DNA of 63,784 nucleotides, filler included, from Candidatus Omnitrophota bacterium (GTDB lineage Bacteria; Omnitrophota; Gorgyraeia; Zapsychrales; Zapsychraceae): NCBI GenBank assembly GCA_015233495.1. It is 4 parts of 4 records of this genome, joined end to end, with 100 filler letters (N's around TTAATTAATTAA, not from the genome) between each part and the next. Parts side by side here need not be neighbours in the genome. Positions count along the whole stretch, not along the records: positions 17,385 to 34,043 come from JADFXQ010000040.1; 3 more parts are not named here. One strand, 5' to 3'. Shown piece by piece: positions 17,385 to 27,553 of this stretch (position 1 is its first letter; each line of letters starts with the position of its first letter). The notes under the pieces were generated by a model. It saw only the letters and a program-made list of their open reading frames with translations, ran no database searches and was not told where the DNA came from. The position numbers and the translations under genes were made by a program.

Positions 17385-18168
17385 ACGTGTTTCCCGCCTG
17401 GTCATACGCGGTCCCGATCGCGCCGTCAAAAATATATTTTGTGAAATCCCCCTGCACTTTGGCCCGGTATTCATTGCCGCTGACATTCACCAATTCCTGA
17501 CTGCCCCCGCCCAGCGTTGAAACAAACGTGTCCGCGGACGTGTAGGTTGGCACCCCGTTTTTAAGCGACCGCTCAATCGTCGGAAACGCGGTCTGCCACC
17601 CCATGCCAAACAGTCCATTGCCGGCGCGCGGCGAATATGTCAGCGTCAACGGCGGCGCCATGCCTTTGCGGCCCGGCGGCAAATCAATCGGCAAACTAAA
17701 CACCGGCGCCCCGCTCGACGAATCAAACGAAAAATTCTTGACCAAATGTTCCGGCAAAGCCGTAGCCGCTGCCGGCGAAATCCCGGCCGCGGCAAAATGC
17801 ATAGAACCCAGCTGAGTATTAAATGACGAGGATTAAGTTTGAGTTGCCGAGGCAGCCGCGCCCGGTTCGGTCTTGCCGATCAATTCATCGAGTGTGACTG
17901 CCGATGATCCGGTTCCCGACCCGGCTGCTGATCCCGAACGCGCCACTGCGGCCTTAACCGCCGCGCTATTAGAGGAAGAAGAACTTGCCGCGGCGGTTGC
18001 GGCGCCGGTTGATGAACCAGCAACAGTAGAATTGGATTGAGCCGCAGAACCCGCCGCGGACGCGGCTTGCGCTAAAACTAAGGAAGGATATAGCGTTTGA
18101 TACAAAAAACAGACGCATAAAAAAATATTAAAAGATTTCCAAATCCGGCAGGCGAAAAAGGTTTGCAT
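17385..18168 (-). pseudogene. 5' part of an SpvB/TcaC-N domain (RHS/Tc-like) exported protein with one in-frame TAA, truncated by the linker
   Basis: Signal peptide and Ser/Ala-rich stalk (18168-17836), TAA at 17833-17835, then the same frame continues SSSFNTQLGSMHF...GAPVFSLPIDLPPGRKGMAPPLTLTYS..GNGLFGMGW. Confidence 0.8.
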
Positions 18169-18261
18169 AATTGTGGACTCCGCAAAAGTTGAATCACTGC
18201 ACAAGCAGAAATAGACGCCCCAACCCGGTCAACCCTGCCCCGAATATGGCCAATTAGCAAA

Positions 18262-18291
18262 AGGATAACATAACTATTGTTAAAATGTCAA
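18262..18291 (-). promoter_or_regulatory. Sigma70-type promoter of the SpvB/RHS-like gene
   Basis: TTGACA-N18-TATCCT on the minus strand with TG extension. Confidence 0.55.
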
Positions 18292-18363
18292 TAAAATTTT
18301 TTTTGAGTAAAACAACGACCCGCCCGGCACTGCCGGAACAATTCTTTCTGTCTCCTCCCGGGA

Positions 18364-20379
18364 TTAAAATTTTAAACTCATCCCGATATTTAAATTGCGT
18401 TCCGCCGCGGGATAATAATATTTGGTTGTCAAATAGGAAGTGACATAGGAATAATATTTTTCTCCGGCCAGATTATTGACTTCCGCGAAAATCTCCCAAT
18501 TCTTTTTTTGATAAGCCAATTTCGCGTTCAAGACCACATACGGTTTTAACGGAGTTAAATTATTCGTCGTGTCACTGCCGACATATTGCGAACCGACATA
18601 ATGGCCGGAAAACGACAACTCATAACTCTTCCCAAAACCCATCGTGATCCCCGCGTTGAGCAAATGCCGCGACGCCAAAGGGATAAATTTATTGTTATAA
18701 ACGCCCTTGCTAAACCGCGGGTTGGCAAATGTATAATTCAGATAAACATCCAATTTATGCAAATGCCTCGCTTCCCCCAGCGCTCTGAGCAGATGCCAAA
18801 CAGTGTCCAGCTCCACGCCAGTCCGGCGGGTGCGGTCATAATTTTCATTCGCGCCCCAGCCAAAATTACCGCCATTCGGATTGTAATAAATTTCATGATT
18901 GATATCCATCAGATAGGGCGTCAGACTCAGCTCCACCGCGTCTTTAAACTGCTGCTTGACCCCCAGCTCATATTGCAAACCGGTTTGCTGCCGCAGATTC
19001 GTGTTAAGAACATTCGAAATCGAATTATACCATTCGTCCGTTGCCAAAAAACGGAAGGTCTGCTGGACATTGAAAAACACATTAGACCCCGGGCCGTACG
19101 CGTACTTGAGCCCGGCGGTAGAAACCCATTCATGCGGATTTTTGGTGATGTCCGGAGCGCCGTCTTTGACGTCAAAAGTATAGCCCGCCCTTTGATAACG
19201 GGTGCCGAAATTAGCAAACAACTTCTGCAATACTTCATATTCGCCGAATCCGTATAAACCCAGTTCATTTTTCGCAATCGTCAACTTGCGGGTATTCCCG
19301 GATAATAAGGAATAGTAACTGATCTCATCCGCGTTGTTGTAATGATCTATCCCGATGATCAAATTGGTTTTCTTTCCGAAAATTTCTTGATCAAAAATAT
19401 ATTTTCCGGTTAACCCACGGGTATCAATACTGTTTTTGATAGTGGATCTAAACCCCGCATTTCGCGAATTATCCGAATACGCGTCGCGATCGCGATAATT
19501 CGCATCCAACACGAATTTCCCCATATAAAAATCCCGCGGCCAAGGGGTCGCGTTTAAAGACAAATTCACGAAACGGTCGCGGGTCATTGCGTTATCCTGC
19601 GGATTGCCGGAGCCGCGGCGGCCGAGTGACTCCAATTGAGCGTCAGTTAAACTCCCAGGCTGGCCATAACGATCTTCATGCCATCCCGCTTCCGTTTCCA
19701 CAGACACCAAATCCGTCATTTCATACCCGAGTCGCGTCTGATAATCCCTCGCCAGCGTATCACTGTTGATACGATAGCCGCGGGCATCATCATATTGGGA
19801 ATATAAATAATAGGAAAGACCCTTTTGCGAACCCGCGGCTTGCGCGTCCACACCCTGGCGGTCATAACTGCCGTAATGGGAACTAATCTTCCCGCTCATC
19901 TCACCTTTGCCCTTTTTGGTAATAATATTCACCACCCCGCCCACCGCATTGTCCCCGTATAAAACCGAACCCGCGCCGCGGATTACTTCGATACGCTCTA
20001 CGCTATCCAAGGGGATTTGCAGCCAATCCGCGCCGGACATATCCATAGAGTTGGTTTTGCGGTCATTCACCAGAACCAAAATCCCGCTTACCGAGGTTTC
20101 GCCCAAACCCCGGATATCTAACCGGGACGTTTTTAAAGAACTGCTGTCATACACGCTCACTCCACCGACTGTTTCCAGAATCTCCGGGATACTGTGCGCG
20201 CTGGACGCGGCAATTTGCCGCTGATCAATCAGCGTTACATTGGAAGTCATTTTGCCTTCCAACTGCCCGATCCTTGTCCCGCTGACCACCAGGGTCCCTA
20301 AATCTTCTTGGGTAAACCCGGGTCCGGCTGCGAACGCGAAAATCCATACTATCACCAGACCACTCACGACTAATTTCAT
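18364..20379 (-). CDS. TonB-dependent receptor, probable cobalamin transporter (BtuB-like)
   Basis: TLVVSGTR TonB box, plug motif IERIEVIRG-like/GSVLYG..AVGGVVNIITK, C-terminal Phe; lies downstream of a cobalamin riboswitch. Confidence 0.9.
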   Translation of the reverse strand: MKLVVSGLVIVWIFAFAAGPGFTQEDLGTLVVSGTRIGQLEGKMTSNVTLIDQRQIAASSAHSIPEILETVGGVSVYDSSSLKTSRLDIRGLGETSVSGILVLVNDRKTNSMDMSGADWLQIPLDSVERIEVIRGAGSVLYGDNAVGGVVNIITKKGKGEMSGKISSHYGSYDRQGVDAQAAGSQKGLSYYLYSQYDDARGYRINSDTLARDYQTRLGYEMTDLVSVETEAGWHEDRYGQPGSLTDAQLESLGRRGSGNPQDNAMTRDRFVNLSLNATPWPRDFYMGKFVLDANYRDRDAYSDNSRNAGFRSTIKNSIDTRGLTGKYIFDQEIFGKKTNLIIGIDHYNNADEISYYSLLSGNTRKLTIAKNELGLYGFGEYEVLQKLFANFGTRYQRAGYTFDVKDGAPDITKNPHEWVSTAGLKYAYGPGSNVFFNVQQTFRFLATDEWYNSISNVLNTNLRQQTGLQYELGVKQQFKDAVELSLTPYLMDINHEIYYNPNGGNFGWGANENYDRTRRTGVELDTVWHLLRALGEARHLHKLDVYLNYTFANPRFSKGVYNNKFIPLASRHLLNAGITMGFGKSYELSFSGHYVGSQYVGSDTTNNLTPLKPYVVLNAKLAYQKKNWEIFAEVNNLAGEKYYSYVTSYLTTKYYYPAAERNLNIGMSLKF

Positions 20380-20403
20380 TTCTGCCTCCCTATCCCGGCG
20401 CGG

Positions 20404-20445
20404 AAAAATAAAAACTCCTGACCATCAATGAAGACAGTCAGGAGT
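20404..20445 (-). terminator. Intrinsic terminator (riboswitch expression platform)
   Basis: Minus strand ACTCCTGAC-loop-GTCAGGAGT followed by TTTTATTTTT, just upstream of the receptor RBS. Confidence 0.8.
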
Positions 20446-20538
20446 GCGCCCAGTTTTACTTAGTCCTGAAATAATATCAACGCTCCGACACTGATATCCG
20501 CAGTGTCCCCTTCGCTTCAACCCTGTTAGGGGTTTCAA

Positions 20539-20808
20539 CCGTATCGGCAGGTCTTCTGACTCTCAGGCGGCCTACTCCTCACCTTCTCACCCCTTCGCAG
20601 TTAGCGAACGCCCGCGCCTTTCCTCTTCGCGCGGGGTGGACGGGCAATGGTCTTGAGTTTCGTTCCTGATGACAGCGGCGGGACCGTTGCTGATTCACAC
20701 AGCATTCCCTTTTCATCCTATTGTTTATGCGTAGTAGGGCGCCCACAAGCCTGCCTGCCGAAGGCAGGGGGCCGCCCCTACAACGTATTCAATAAGGAAC
20801 CGACACGG
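20539..20808 (-). ncRNA. Cobalamin riboswitch
   Basis: Minus strand: CCGTGTCGG/CCGATACGG P1, GGTTCC, AAAAGGGAA-TGCTG-TGTGAAT-CAGCA-ACGGTCCCGCCGCTGT core, CCATTG, GAGAAGG and B12-box GAGTCAGAAGACCTGCC. Confidence 0.92.
20737..20781. repeat. REP half element interrupted by a CCTGCCTGCCGAAGGCAGG palindrome, inside riboswitch P2
   Basis: GGGCGCCCACAAG[CCTGCCTGCCGAAGGCAGG]GGGCCGCCCCTAC, compared with GGGCGCCCACAAGGGGCGCCCCTAC at 39515-39539. Confidence 0.8.
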
Positions 20809-20836
20809 ATTTTTTTTAAACTCCAAAGAGCAATAG

Positions 20837-21337
20837 CTAAACTACACCGGCGAACTTTGTGCTTTTAAGTTTCAGCGCCGCGTATTCATAGACTCCGAAT
20901 AAGACCGCGGCATAGATCAGCGTGCTCACGACCGATGTCCGGAAAAACGGGATGCCCATCACATAACAATCCATCAAACCCGCGAACGTTTTGGCATACA
21001 TCCCAGTCATCAACCACACCCCAAAATTCGTCACTAAGTAAAAGAAAACGGCCGCGCCCAAACTCCCAAGCAAAACCACACCGGCGGATTTGCGATTCCG
21101 CACCCATATTCCCATTGCGGCAATGACCAAAATCGCTCCCCAAGTAAAAAACATCGTCGGGTGCCCGCCTAAAAACAGGTCTGTCAAGGCCATGAGCGCT
21201 ACGGGCAAAATCAACGCGTATTTGCGGTTGATATACACCCCGCTAAATAAAGCAATCGCCAGAACCGGTGAAAAATTTGGGACATGGACGAATAAACGCG
21301 CCGCTGCCCCGACGAATAATAAAATATATGCCAACAT
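20837..21337 (-). CDS. DUF6580-like membrane protein (ECF S-component/BtuM-like putative vitamin transporter)
   Basis: About 6 TMs; PNFSPVLAIALFSG, FFYLVTNFGVW and CYVMGIPFF motifs; AAGGAG RBS; adjacent to the B12 uptake locus. Confidence 0.7.
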   Translation of the reverse strand: MLAYILLFVGAAARLFVHVPNFSPVLAIALFSGVYINRKYALILPVALMALTDLFLGGHPTMFFTWGAILVIAAMGIWVRNRKSAGVVLLGSLGAAVFFYLVTNFGVWLMTGMYAKTFAGLMDCYVMGIPFFRTSVVSTLIYAAVLFGVYEYAALKLKSTKFAGVV

Positions 21338-21589
21338 TTTCCCGCTCCTTGGTTGGGTTAAAAAACCGGATTCCATTTAATTATAAACAACAAAATTAGG
21401 CTTGGCAAGCGCTAGGTTGCTAAATCTATGCGTCTTTTAAATTATCCCAAATAATTGATAAAAATTAACACCAAAAAAATAAAGAAATTTTTAATTTTTA
21501 AAACAAAAATTTTCTTGACTGTTCAAGCTATTTAAACAATCATAACTATATTTTAAACCAACTGCACTCAACAATTTTTAAAATCGTTT

Positions 21590-22205
21590 ATGGATAATAT
21601 AACTCAATGGGCACAAGAATTATATGACACCTGCCGTGTTGGACATTATAGTTATGGCGATCAGCGAGAAATTTATGAAAATTTTCTGATCGATTTCCTT
21701 AAAGATATTCCCAAGGATATTCTTATATATGACATCGGTTGCGGGTCGGGATATTGCGCCCAGCTCTATATTAAACGCGGCTTCCAGAAAGAAAAAATTT
21801 ATTGCGTTGACTTCAGCCCGCAGAATATCGCTTTTTTAAAACAACAAGGTTTTCATGCTTCCGTCGGGGACATCTTAGATTTGAATGAAATTGCGGATGG
21901 ATCAGCGGATGTCGTCATCTGCAATGGCGTCCTTCATCACAACTCCGATCCTTTGAAAGGTTTTTGGTGAACTCTCAAGAATCACAAAAAAAGGCGGAAT
22001 TATTTATCTATCTGTCTATAATGTCTGGAACCCATATTATTTTTTTGTTCATCGTTTGACATGGCCGTTACGTTTTTTTTATTGGAACGTCAACCGAAAT
22101 ATTTTGAAATTCGTTCTGCTTTTGTCAGCAATACAGCTGCACGGTTACGAAAATTGCATATATAAAAAAATTTTAATGATTGGCGCAATCATTCAAAAAA
22201 CTTAG
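21590..22205 (+). pseudogene. Class I SAM-dependent methyltransferase with +1 frameshift
   Basis: DIGCGSG and DVVICNGVLHH motifs. Removing one T from T5 (21961-21965) restores KGFGELSRITKKGGIIYLSVY, which runs to TAG at 22205. Confidence 0.82.
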
Positions 22206-22218
22206 AAGCCCATTACCT

Positions 22219-23928
22219 ATGTACGTCCTTGGAATAAGTTGTTACGCTCATGAATCCTCCGCTGCTCTTTTAAAAGACGGCGAAATCCGTTGGCTTATCG
22301 AAGAAGAACGCCTGAACCGGGAACGACACACTTGGAAATTTCCTAAAATGGCTATTAATTATTGCCTAGAAAAAGAAAGAATTCGTTTTAGTGATATTTC
22401 GAATGTCGCTTTTTTTTGGAAGCCAATCGACGAATTAACGGGGAACATCCATCATTTATTAAAATTTTTCCCTCAATCCTTAAATTTAATCAATGCCGGA
22501 TCAGCAGCAAAAGAAATCAGACTTTTACAGCGTATATTTCGTAAGCAAACGATCGGTTTCACTTTACAAAAAGAATTTGGTTTAAAATTCCCTCCTGCCG
22601 TTCAATTTTATGAACATCATCTTTGCCATGCTGCCAGTGCTTTTTTAGTTTCTCCTTTTCAAGATTCCGCTATTTTAACAATCGACGGCCGCGGCGAATC
22701 GACTACGACAATGATGGCTGTCGGGCATGGAAAAAAAATAAAAAAAATTTTAGAGCTCCACGTCCCTCATTCTTTAGGACATTTATATGCCGCAATCACC
22801 TCCTATCTCGGATTCAAACCGTTTTTTGATGAATGGAAAGTGATGGGGATGTCGGCATACGGCAAAGCGACCTATGTTTCTCTTTTTGAAGATATTGTCA
22901 AACTCTTGCCGAATGGCGAATTTCGTTTAGATCTATCCTATTTTAGTTTTCACACCCATGGGCAGAAACATTGGATTTCTTCAAAATTTATCGAAGATTT
23001 TGGGCCCCCGCGGCTCGCCGATATGCCTTATGAACAGCGGCATTTTGATATTGCTTATGGACTTCAAAAAATGATTGAAAAAACTGGGGTTCATCTCGCG
23101 AATGCGCTTTACGAACGAACCCGTCTAGATTCTATTTGTCTCGCCGGTGGAGTTGTTTTGAATTGCTTGATGAATAAAAAAATTATTGAAGAAACCCCGT
23201 TTAAAAATTTTTTCTTTCAACCGATATCCAACGACGCAGGGACTTCGATGGGAGCGGGGCTTTTAGCGTATCATAAAACATCAAAAGCTGCCACGAAACA
23301 AATGTTTGATTCTATTTACCTTGGCCCTGAATTTTCTGATTCCGAAATTGAAAAAGTGCTATTAAAACAAGGCGTAAAATATCAACGCTCGTCGGATATC
23401 TGCAAGGATACCGCCGCTCACATAGCACAAGGAAAAATTGTAGGGTGGTTTCAAGGCCGTATGGAAGCGGGACCGCGGGCGTTAGGTTGCCGGAGTATTG
23501 CGGCAGACCCAACACGCTTGGATATGAAAGATAAAATTAATTCCCTTGTTAAAAAACGTGAATTCTTCCGGCCTTTCGCCCCTTCCATTCTCGAAGAAAA
23601 AGTTGATCAATATTTCATAATGCCGAAGCAGCAACTATCTCCGTACATGATTCTCATCGGCGATGTCCGTCCAGACAAAATCTCAGTAATACCAGCAGTA
23701 ACCCATGCGGATCACACGGCGCGTGTGCATACGGTCAATCGTTCGGCGAACCCCATCTATTGGCAGCTTATCTCCGAATTTGAAAAAATTACGGGTGTCC
23801 CTGTGCTTTTAAACACCTCGTTTAATGAACAAGAGCCTATCGTTTGCACGCCGGAAAACGCGGTGAATTGTTTTCAACGAACCGCTTTTGATGTTTTAAC
23901 AATCGGTAATTTTATTGTCCAAAAATAA
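22219..23928 (+). CDS. Carbamoyltransferase, NodU/CmcH family
   Basis: VLGIS...HESSAAL, EEERLNR, EHHLCHAASAF, DGRGE, AGGVVLN, GPRALG.RS, KREFFRPFAP and LLNTSFN motifs. Confidence 0.95.
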   Translation: MYVLGISCYAHESSAALLKDGEIRWLIEEERLNRERHTWKFPKMAINYCLEKERIRFSDISNVAFFWKPIDELTGNIHHLLKFFPQSLNLINAGSAAKEIRLLQRIFRKQTIGFTLQKEFGLKFPPAVQFYEHHLCHAASAFLVSPFQDSAILTIDGRGESTTTMMAVGHGKKIKKILELHVPHSLGHLYAAITSYLGFKPFFDEWKVMGMSAYGKATYVSLFEDIVKLLPNGEFRLDLSYFSFHTHGQKHWISSKFIEDFGPPRLADMPYEQRHFDIAYGLQKMIEKTGVHLANALYERTRLDSICLAGGVVLNCLMNKKIIEETPFKNFFFQPISNDAGTSMGAGLLAYHKTSKAATKQMFDSIYLGPEFSDSEIEKVLLKQGVKYQRSSDICKDTAAHIAQGKIVGWFQGRMEAGPRALGCRSIAADPTRLDMKDKINSLVKKREFFRPFAPSILEEKVDQYFIMPKQQLSPYMILIGDVRPDKISVIPAVTHADHTARVHTVNRSANPIYWQLISEFEKITGVPVLLNTSFNEQEPIVCTPENAVNCFQRTAFDVLTIGNFIVQK

Positions 23929-23937
23929 CAAATAGCT

Positions 23938-25995
23938 ATGTTAATTTATTCTTTCTTATTGACGATGATTGGTGTTTTGGGTATCGGTCTGTGGCTTGTT
24001 ACAACAATCCGTCAAACAAATGAAATCAACTCCAACCATCAATATTCCATCGAGAATTATTACCTCATCCTCGGCGTTTCTTGGTTTATCGGATATCTGG
24101 CTTACGAAAGTTTTTTGTCATTTCTTGCCCTGGTTCACCTTTTCCGCCCGATAAACTTACTAGCTATCATCCATCTTCTCGCTGGTTTCGGCCTTTTTGG
24201 TTTTTGGAAAATATGGCCGCATTTCAAGCGGCATCTGTTTCTTTCTTCGCAAAATTCTTTTCAAAACATGCTTTTACTCCCTATTTTAGGGTTTGTCTTT
24301 TTTTGGAATTGTTATCCAACATTTGTCGTCGATGATTTAACGAGTTATTTTTATGCGATCCAGCTCATGTTAGAAAAAGGAGGATTTTTTTATTCACAGT
24401 ATAGCGATGCCCGCTTATCGTTGCCGATGGGTGAAAATTTGCTTTATGCCATTGGATTTTCCCTACAAAATAAATCGTTCTTATTCCCTCAATTAATAAT
24501 GGGAGTTTCAAAAGTGATGTTTGTCTTAACTGTGTATGGGGCGGTAGAAATGTTCACCGGCGGCGTTTGGCCTTTACTGGCTTCAGCATTTATTGCTTCA
24601 GAAGAACATTTTATCTTCTCAGGAGTCAACCGGTTCGTTGTCTTAAACATCCCCTTGATGTTTGCAGTTTTTATGATGTTTTGGGGACTCTTTGCTGCGG
24701 CTCAATTCCGAAGGAAAGATTACTTGATTTGGAGTTGGCTGGCAATTTTTTTCGCTTTGAATTGTAAATATGTTTCGCTTTTGTATTTATTTGTATATTT
24801 CATTTTCTTTATTGTTCTCTTCGGAAACGATCAATTCATATTAAACCGACAGAGACGCATTTTCTTTTCCTTACCAACCACGTTGACACTCGGTTTAATT
24901 GGGGTTGTAACGATGTTTCAGTATCTTTGGCGTTTATTAGCTACGGGAAGTCCTTTATTCCCGATGCCCTTAGGAATTTTTAAGCCGTATTTTTATGATC
25001 CCTTTGCAATTGAAATCGGCCGGGCATGGCATTTTTCTTTGAACGTTGGGACCGCGATTAAAAATGTTACGGCCTTTATGGTTTGGCCCGGAATTTTGCC
25101 ATTAAAAATATTGCCGATCGTTGGAATTATTGTGGCGATCTTGTCATTCAGCCCCAAATGGAAAATTAATCAAAAATTTCTGTTTGGTATATATTGCCTT
25201 TTTCTATCGATCATTCTTGTTGTTGTTCAAGAAATCTATGTTGTTTTTGAAATGCGTTATTATCGGTTTGGCCTTGGTCTCGCCGCTTTTTCTGCAACGG
25301 TGCTCTTATCATGTATTTTTGACTATTTTTACAGTTATGTTCAAGGATTTCATCGACTTAAAAATTTTAGTTGTTATGTATTAATCTTACCGGTAGTCGT
25401 GTTTTGCATTAAGAGTTCATTCGGCGTCCTCTCCCCGTATCGTCCTGACCGAAAAGCTATTTTAGCTTTTATTAGCGGGAAAACGACGGAATCGTCGATT
25501 ATTGAAACATATTACCCCGAAGGCAACCAAGTCATTTCAACAATCAATCGCTATCATATTCCAAAAGAAAACATCGGATTATTCTTAACTGGCTCTTGGC
25601 CGCAAGCCGCATATCGAATCAGTGGAAATAATTTTGCGCTTGCCAACGCGGATGCCCTTCCTAGTCGAGCGTATTTTGACAAAGTCTTGTTGGCTAAAAT
25701 ATTTTTAAAAAATAACATCCAATATATCTTTAATCGGGGGATGCTAGGACCGGGATATCCGCTACAGCTTGGGACGACCTTTGATCTGGTTAATGAATGT
25801 GGAACTGTGCTCGAAAAAAAAGAAATCACAATATGGGAATTAAATAAAGCCTGTCTTAAAGAACAAACATATTCTAAGGATCCATCAGCTGGGGAATCTT
25901 TGTATAAAAACGCGCATGAATATTTAACAACTTTGGAAAAATATGACCCCTTTCTTCCTCCGCCCTATGGTAAATTTACCGGGGTCGTTCAATAA
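23938..25995 (+). CDS. Polytopic membrane protein, possibly GT-C glycosyltransferase-like
   Basis: About 13-14 TMs, DD in the first large loop (VVDDLTSY), TGSPLFP and RY motifs; low GC. Confidence 0.55.
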   Translation: MLIYSFLLTMIGVLGIGLWLVTTIRQTNEINSNHQYSIENYYLILGVSWFIGYLAYESFLSFLALVHLFRPINLLAIIHLLAGFGLFGFWKIWPHFKRHLFLSSQNSFQNMLLLPILGFVFFWNCYPTFVVDDLTSYFYAIQLMLEKGGFFYSQYSDARLSLPMGENLLYAIGFSLQNKSFLFPQLIMGVSKVMFVLTVYGAVEMFTGGVWPLLASAFIASEEHFIFSGVNRFVVLNIPLMFAVFMMFWGLFAAAQFRRKDYLIWSWLAIFFALNCKYVSLLYLFVYFIFFIVLFGNDQFILNRQRRIFFSLPTTLTLGLIGVVTMFQYLWRLLATGSPLFPMPLGIFKPYFYDPFAIEIGRAWHFSLNVGTAIKNVTAFMVWPGILPLKILPIVGIIVAILSFSPKWKINQKFLFGIYCLFLSIILVVVQEIYVVFEMRYYRFGLGLAAFSATVLLSCIFDYFYSYVQGFHRLKNFSCYVLILPVVVFCIKSSFGVLSPYRPDRKAILAFISGKTTESSIIETYYPEGNQVISTINRYHIPKENIGLFLTGSWPQAAYRISGNNFALANADALPSRAYFDKVLLAKIFLKNNIQYIFNRGMLGPGYPLQLGTTFDLVNECGTVLEKKEITIWELNKACLKEQTYSKDPSAGESLYKNAHEYLTTLEKYDPFLPPPYGKFTGVVQ

Positions 25996-26098
25996 AGACT
26001 TTTACGGATAATATATTTCGATAAAATCTTGCCCGCAATAAAATTTTACCGATAACAAGTGTTTCGTCAACCGGAACCCGATCATATAAAAATATTTT

Positions 26099-27184
26099 TT
26101 AATCTGCGGGATCTTTATGATATTGATAAATCTCGATCAAAATCTTTTCCAAAGAATACGCCATCTGCCAATCCGGATAATGCGTCTTAAATTTATTTAA
26201 CCCGCTGATATACCAAATATGATCTCCGGCACGATTCTTATCCGAATATTGCCATTTCATTTTTTTGCCTGCGATCTTTTCGCATAACCCGATCGCTTCC
26301 AGAACCGAACAACTGTTTCCCCTCCCGCCGCCGATATTATAAACTTCGCCGGAACGCGGCTGTTGATAAAAATGCCAAAAGGCGCTCGCTAGATCATGAC
26401 TGTGCAGGTTATCGCGCACCTGTTTGCCCTTATATCCAAATACGGTGTACTCGTTTCCCGAAACACAGCATTTCATCAAATACGCTAAAAACCCGTGCTG
26501 CAAAACCCCGGTATGCTGCGGCCCGGTCAAACAACCGCCGCGAAAACAAACCGTTTGCATCCCAAAATAACGGCCGTATTCCTGAACTAAAATATCCGCC
26601 GCCATTTTGGAAACGCCGAACAAAGAATGTGTGCTTTGATCAATGCTCATCATTTCATCGATCCCGTCGTAATACGGATGTTCCCGCGGCAATTCCCAAC
26701 GCGTTGCCGTTTCCGCAAAAGGCAAAGCATTCGGCCGGTCGCCATAAACCTTATTCGTGCTCGTAAAAATAAACACGGCCTCTGGCGCGTATTTGCGGGT
26801 CAACTCGAGCAGATTCAAAGTGCCGCCGGCATTAACCTCAAAATCCGTGAACGGTTCGGACGCCGCCCAATCGTGCGAGGGCTGGGCTGCCGTATGCACC
26901 AGCGCTTGCAACCGGCCGCCGTAGCGCTTAAAAATACTTTCCAACGTCGACAGATCGCGGATATCAATGCCGTAATGCGCGAAATCCGCAATCGCGCCGA
27001 TCAGTTCATCCGTCATATCCGCCGTAGACGCCGCGTCTCCAAAAAAATATCGGCGCATATCATTGTCAATGCCGACGACCTGAAACCCTTTGCCCGCGAA
27101 AAACCGGACAGTTGCCGAACCGATCAATCCCGAAGATCCGGTGACAATCACCACCGGCAAACCGCAAGAAGGTTTTTTACTCAT
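26099..27184 (-). CDS. NAD-dependent epimerase (CDP-paratose 2-epimerase/RfbE-like)
   Basis: [25 protein letters not shown] and GYKGKQVRD motifs. Confidence 0.9.
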   Translation of the reverse strand: MSKKPSCGLPVVIVTGSSGLIGSATVRFFAGKGFQVVGIDNDMRRYFFGDAASTADMTDELIGAIADFAHYGIDIRDLSTLESIFKRYGGRLQALVHTAAQPSHDWAASEPFTDFEVNAGGTLNLLELTRKYAPEAVFIFTSTNKVYGDRPNALPFAETATRWELPREHPYYDGIDEMMSIDQSTHSLFGVSKMAADILVQEYGRYFGMQTVCFRGGCLTGPQHTGVLQHGFLAYLMKCCVSGNEYTVFGYKGKQVRDNLHSHDLASAFWHFYQQPRSGEVYNIGGGRGNSCSVLEAIGLCEKIAGKKMKWQYSDKNRAGDHIWYISGLNKFKTHYPDWQMAYSLEKILIEIYQYHKDPAD

Positions 27185-27198
27185 ATTTTATCCGCTGA

Positions 27199-27402
27199 TT
27201 ACGCGTCTTTGTAAAAATACAAAGCCGCGGTTAACATAATCCCGATACAATAAAACGCGACCCGGTTCGTGACAAAATACGGATACACCATCAAAGCCGC
27301 GCCAATAATCATCAACGGCCAGCGGCAATTCTTTTTGCCATAAACAAAAGCCACAAACCCAATCGCGCCGAAGATCAATGCGCCAATCATATTACTAAAC
27401 AT
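27199..27402 (-). CDS. Small 3-TM membrane protein
   Basis: FGAIGFVAFVYGKK...LMVYPYFV; GAGG RBS. Confidence 0.7.
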   Translation of the reverse strand: MFSNMIGALIFGAIGFVAFVYGKKNCRWPLMIIGAALMVYPYFVTNRVAFYCIGIMLTAALYFYKDA

Positions 27403-27553
27403 TTTATGTCCTCTCTAACCCCCGGTAGGCGGGCCAGCGCGCAAAAGGCTTTCGCGACTCTGATTCATGGGTGAATTTCGCTGACACCGGCAAAATGACT
27501 AAACCGCGCGTTAAGAATGGCGGTGAAGGGTGTTCAGCGAGTTCGCGAGCAAA

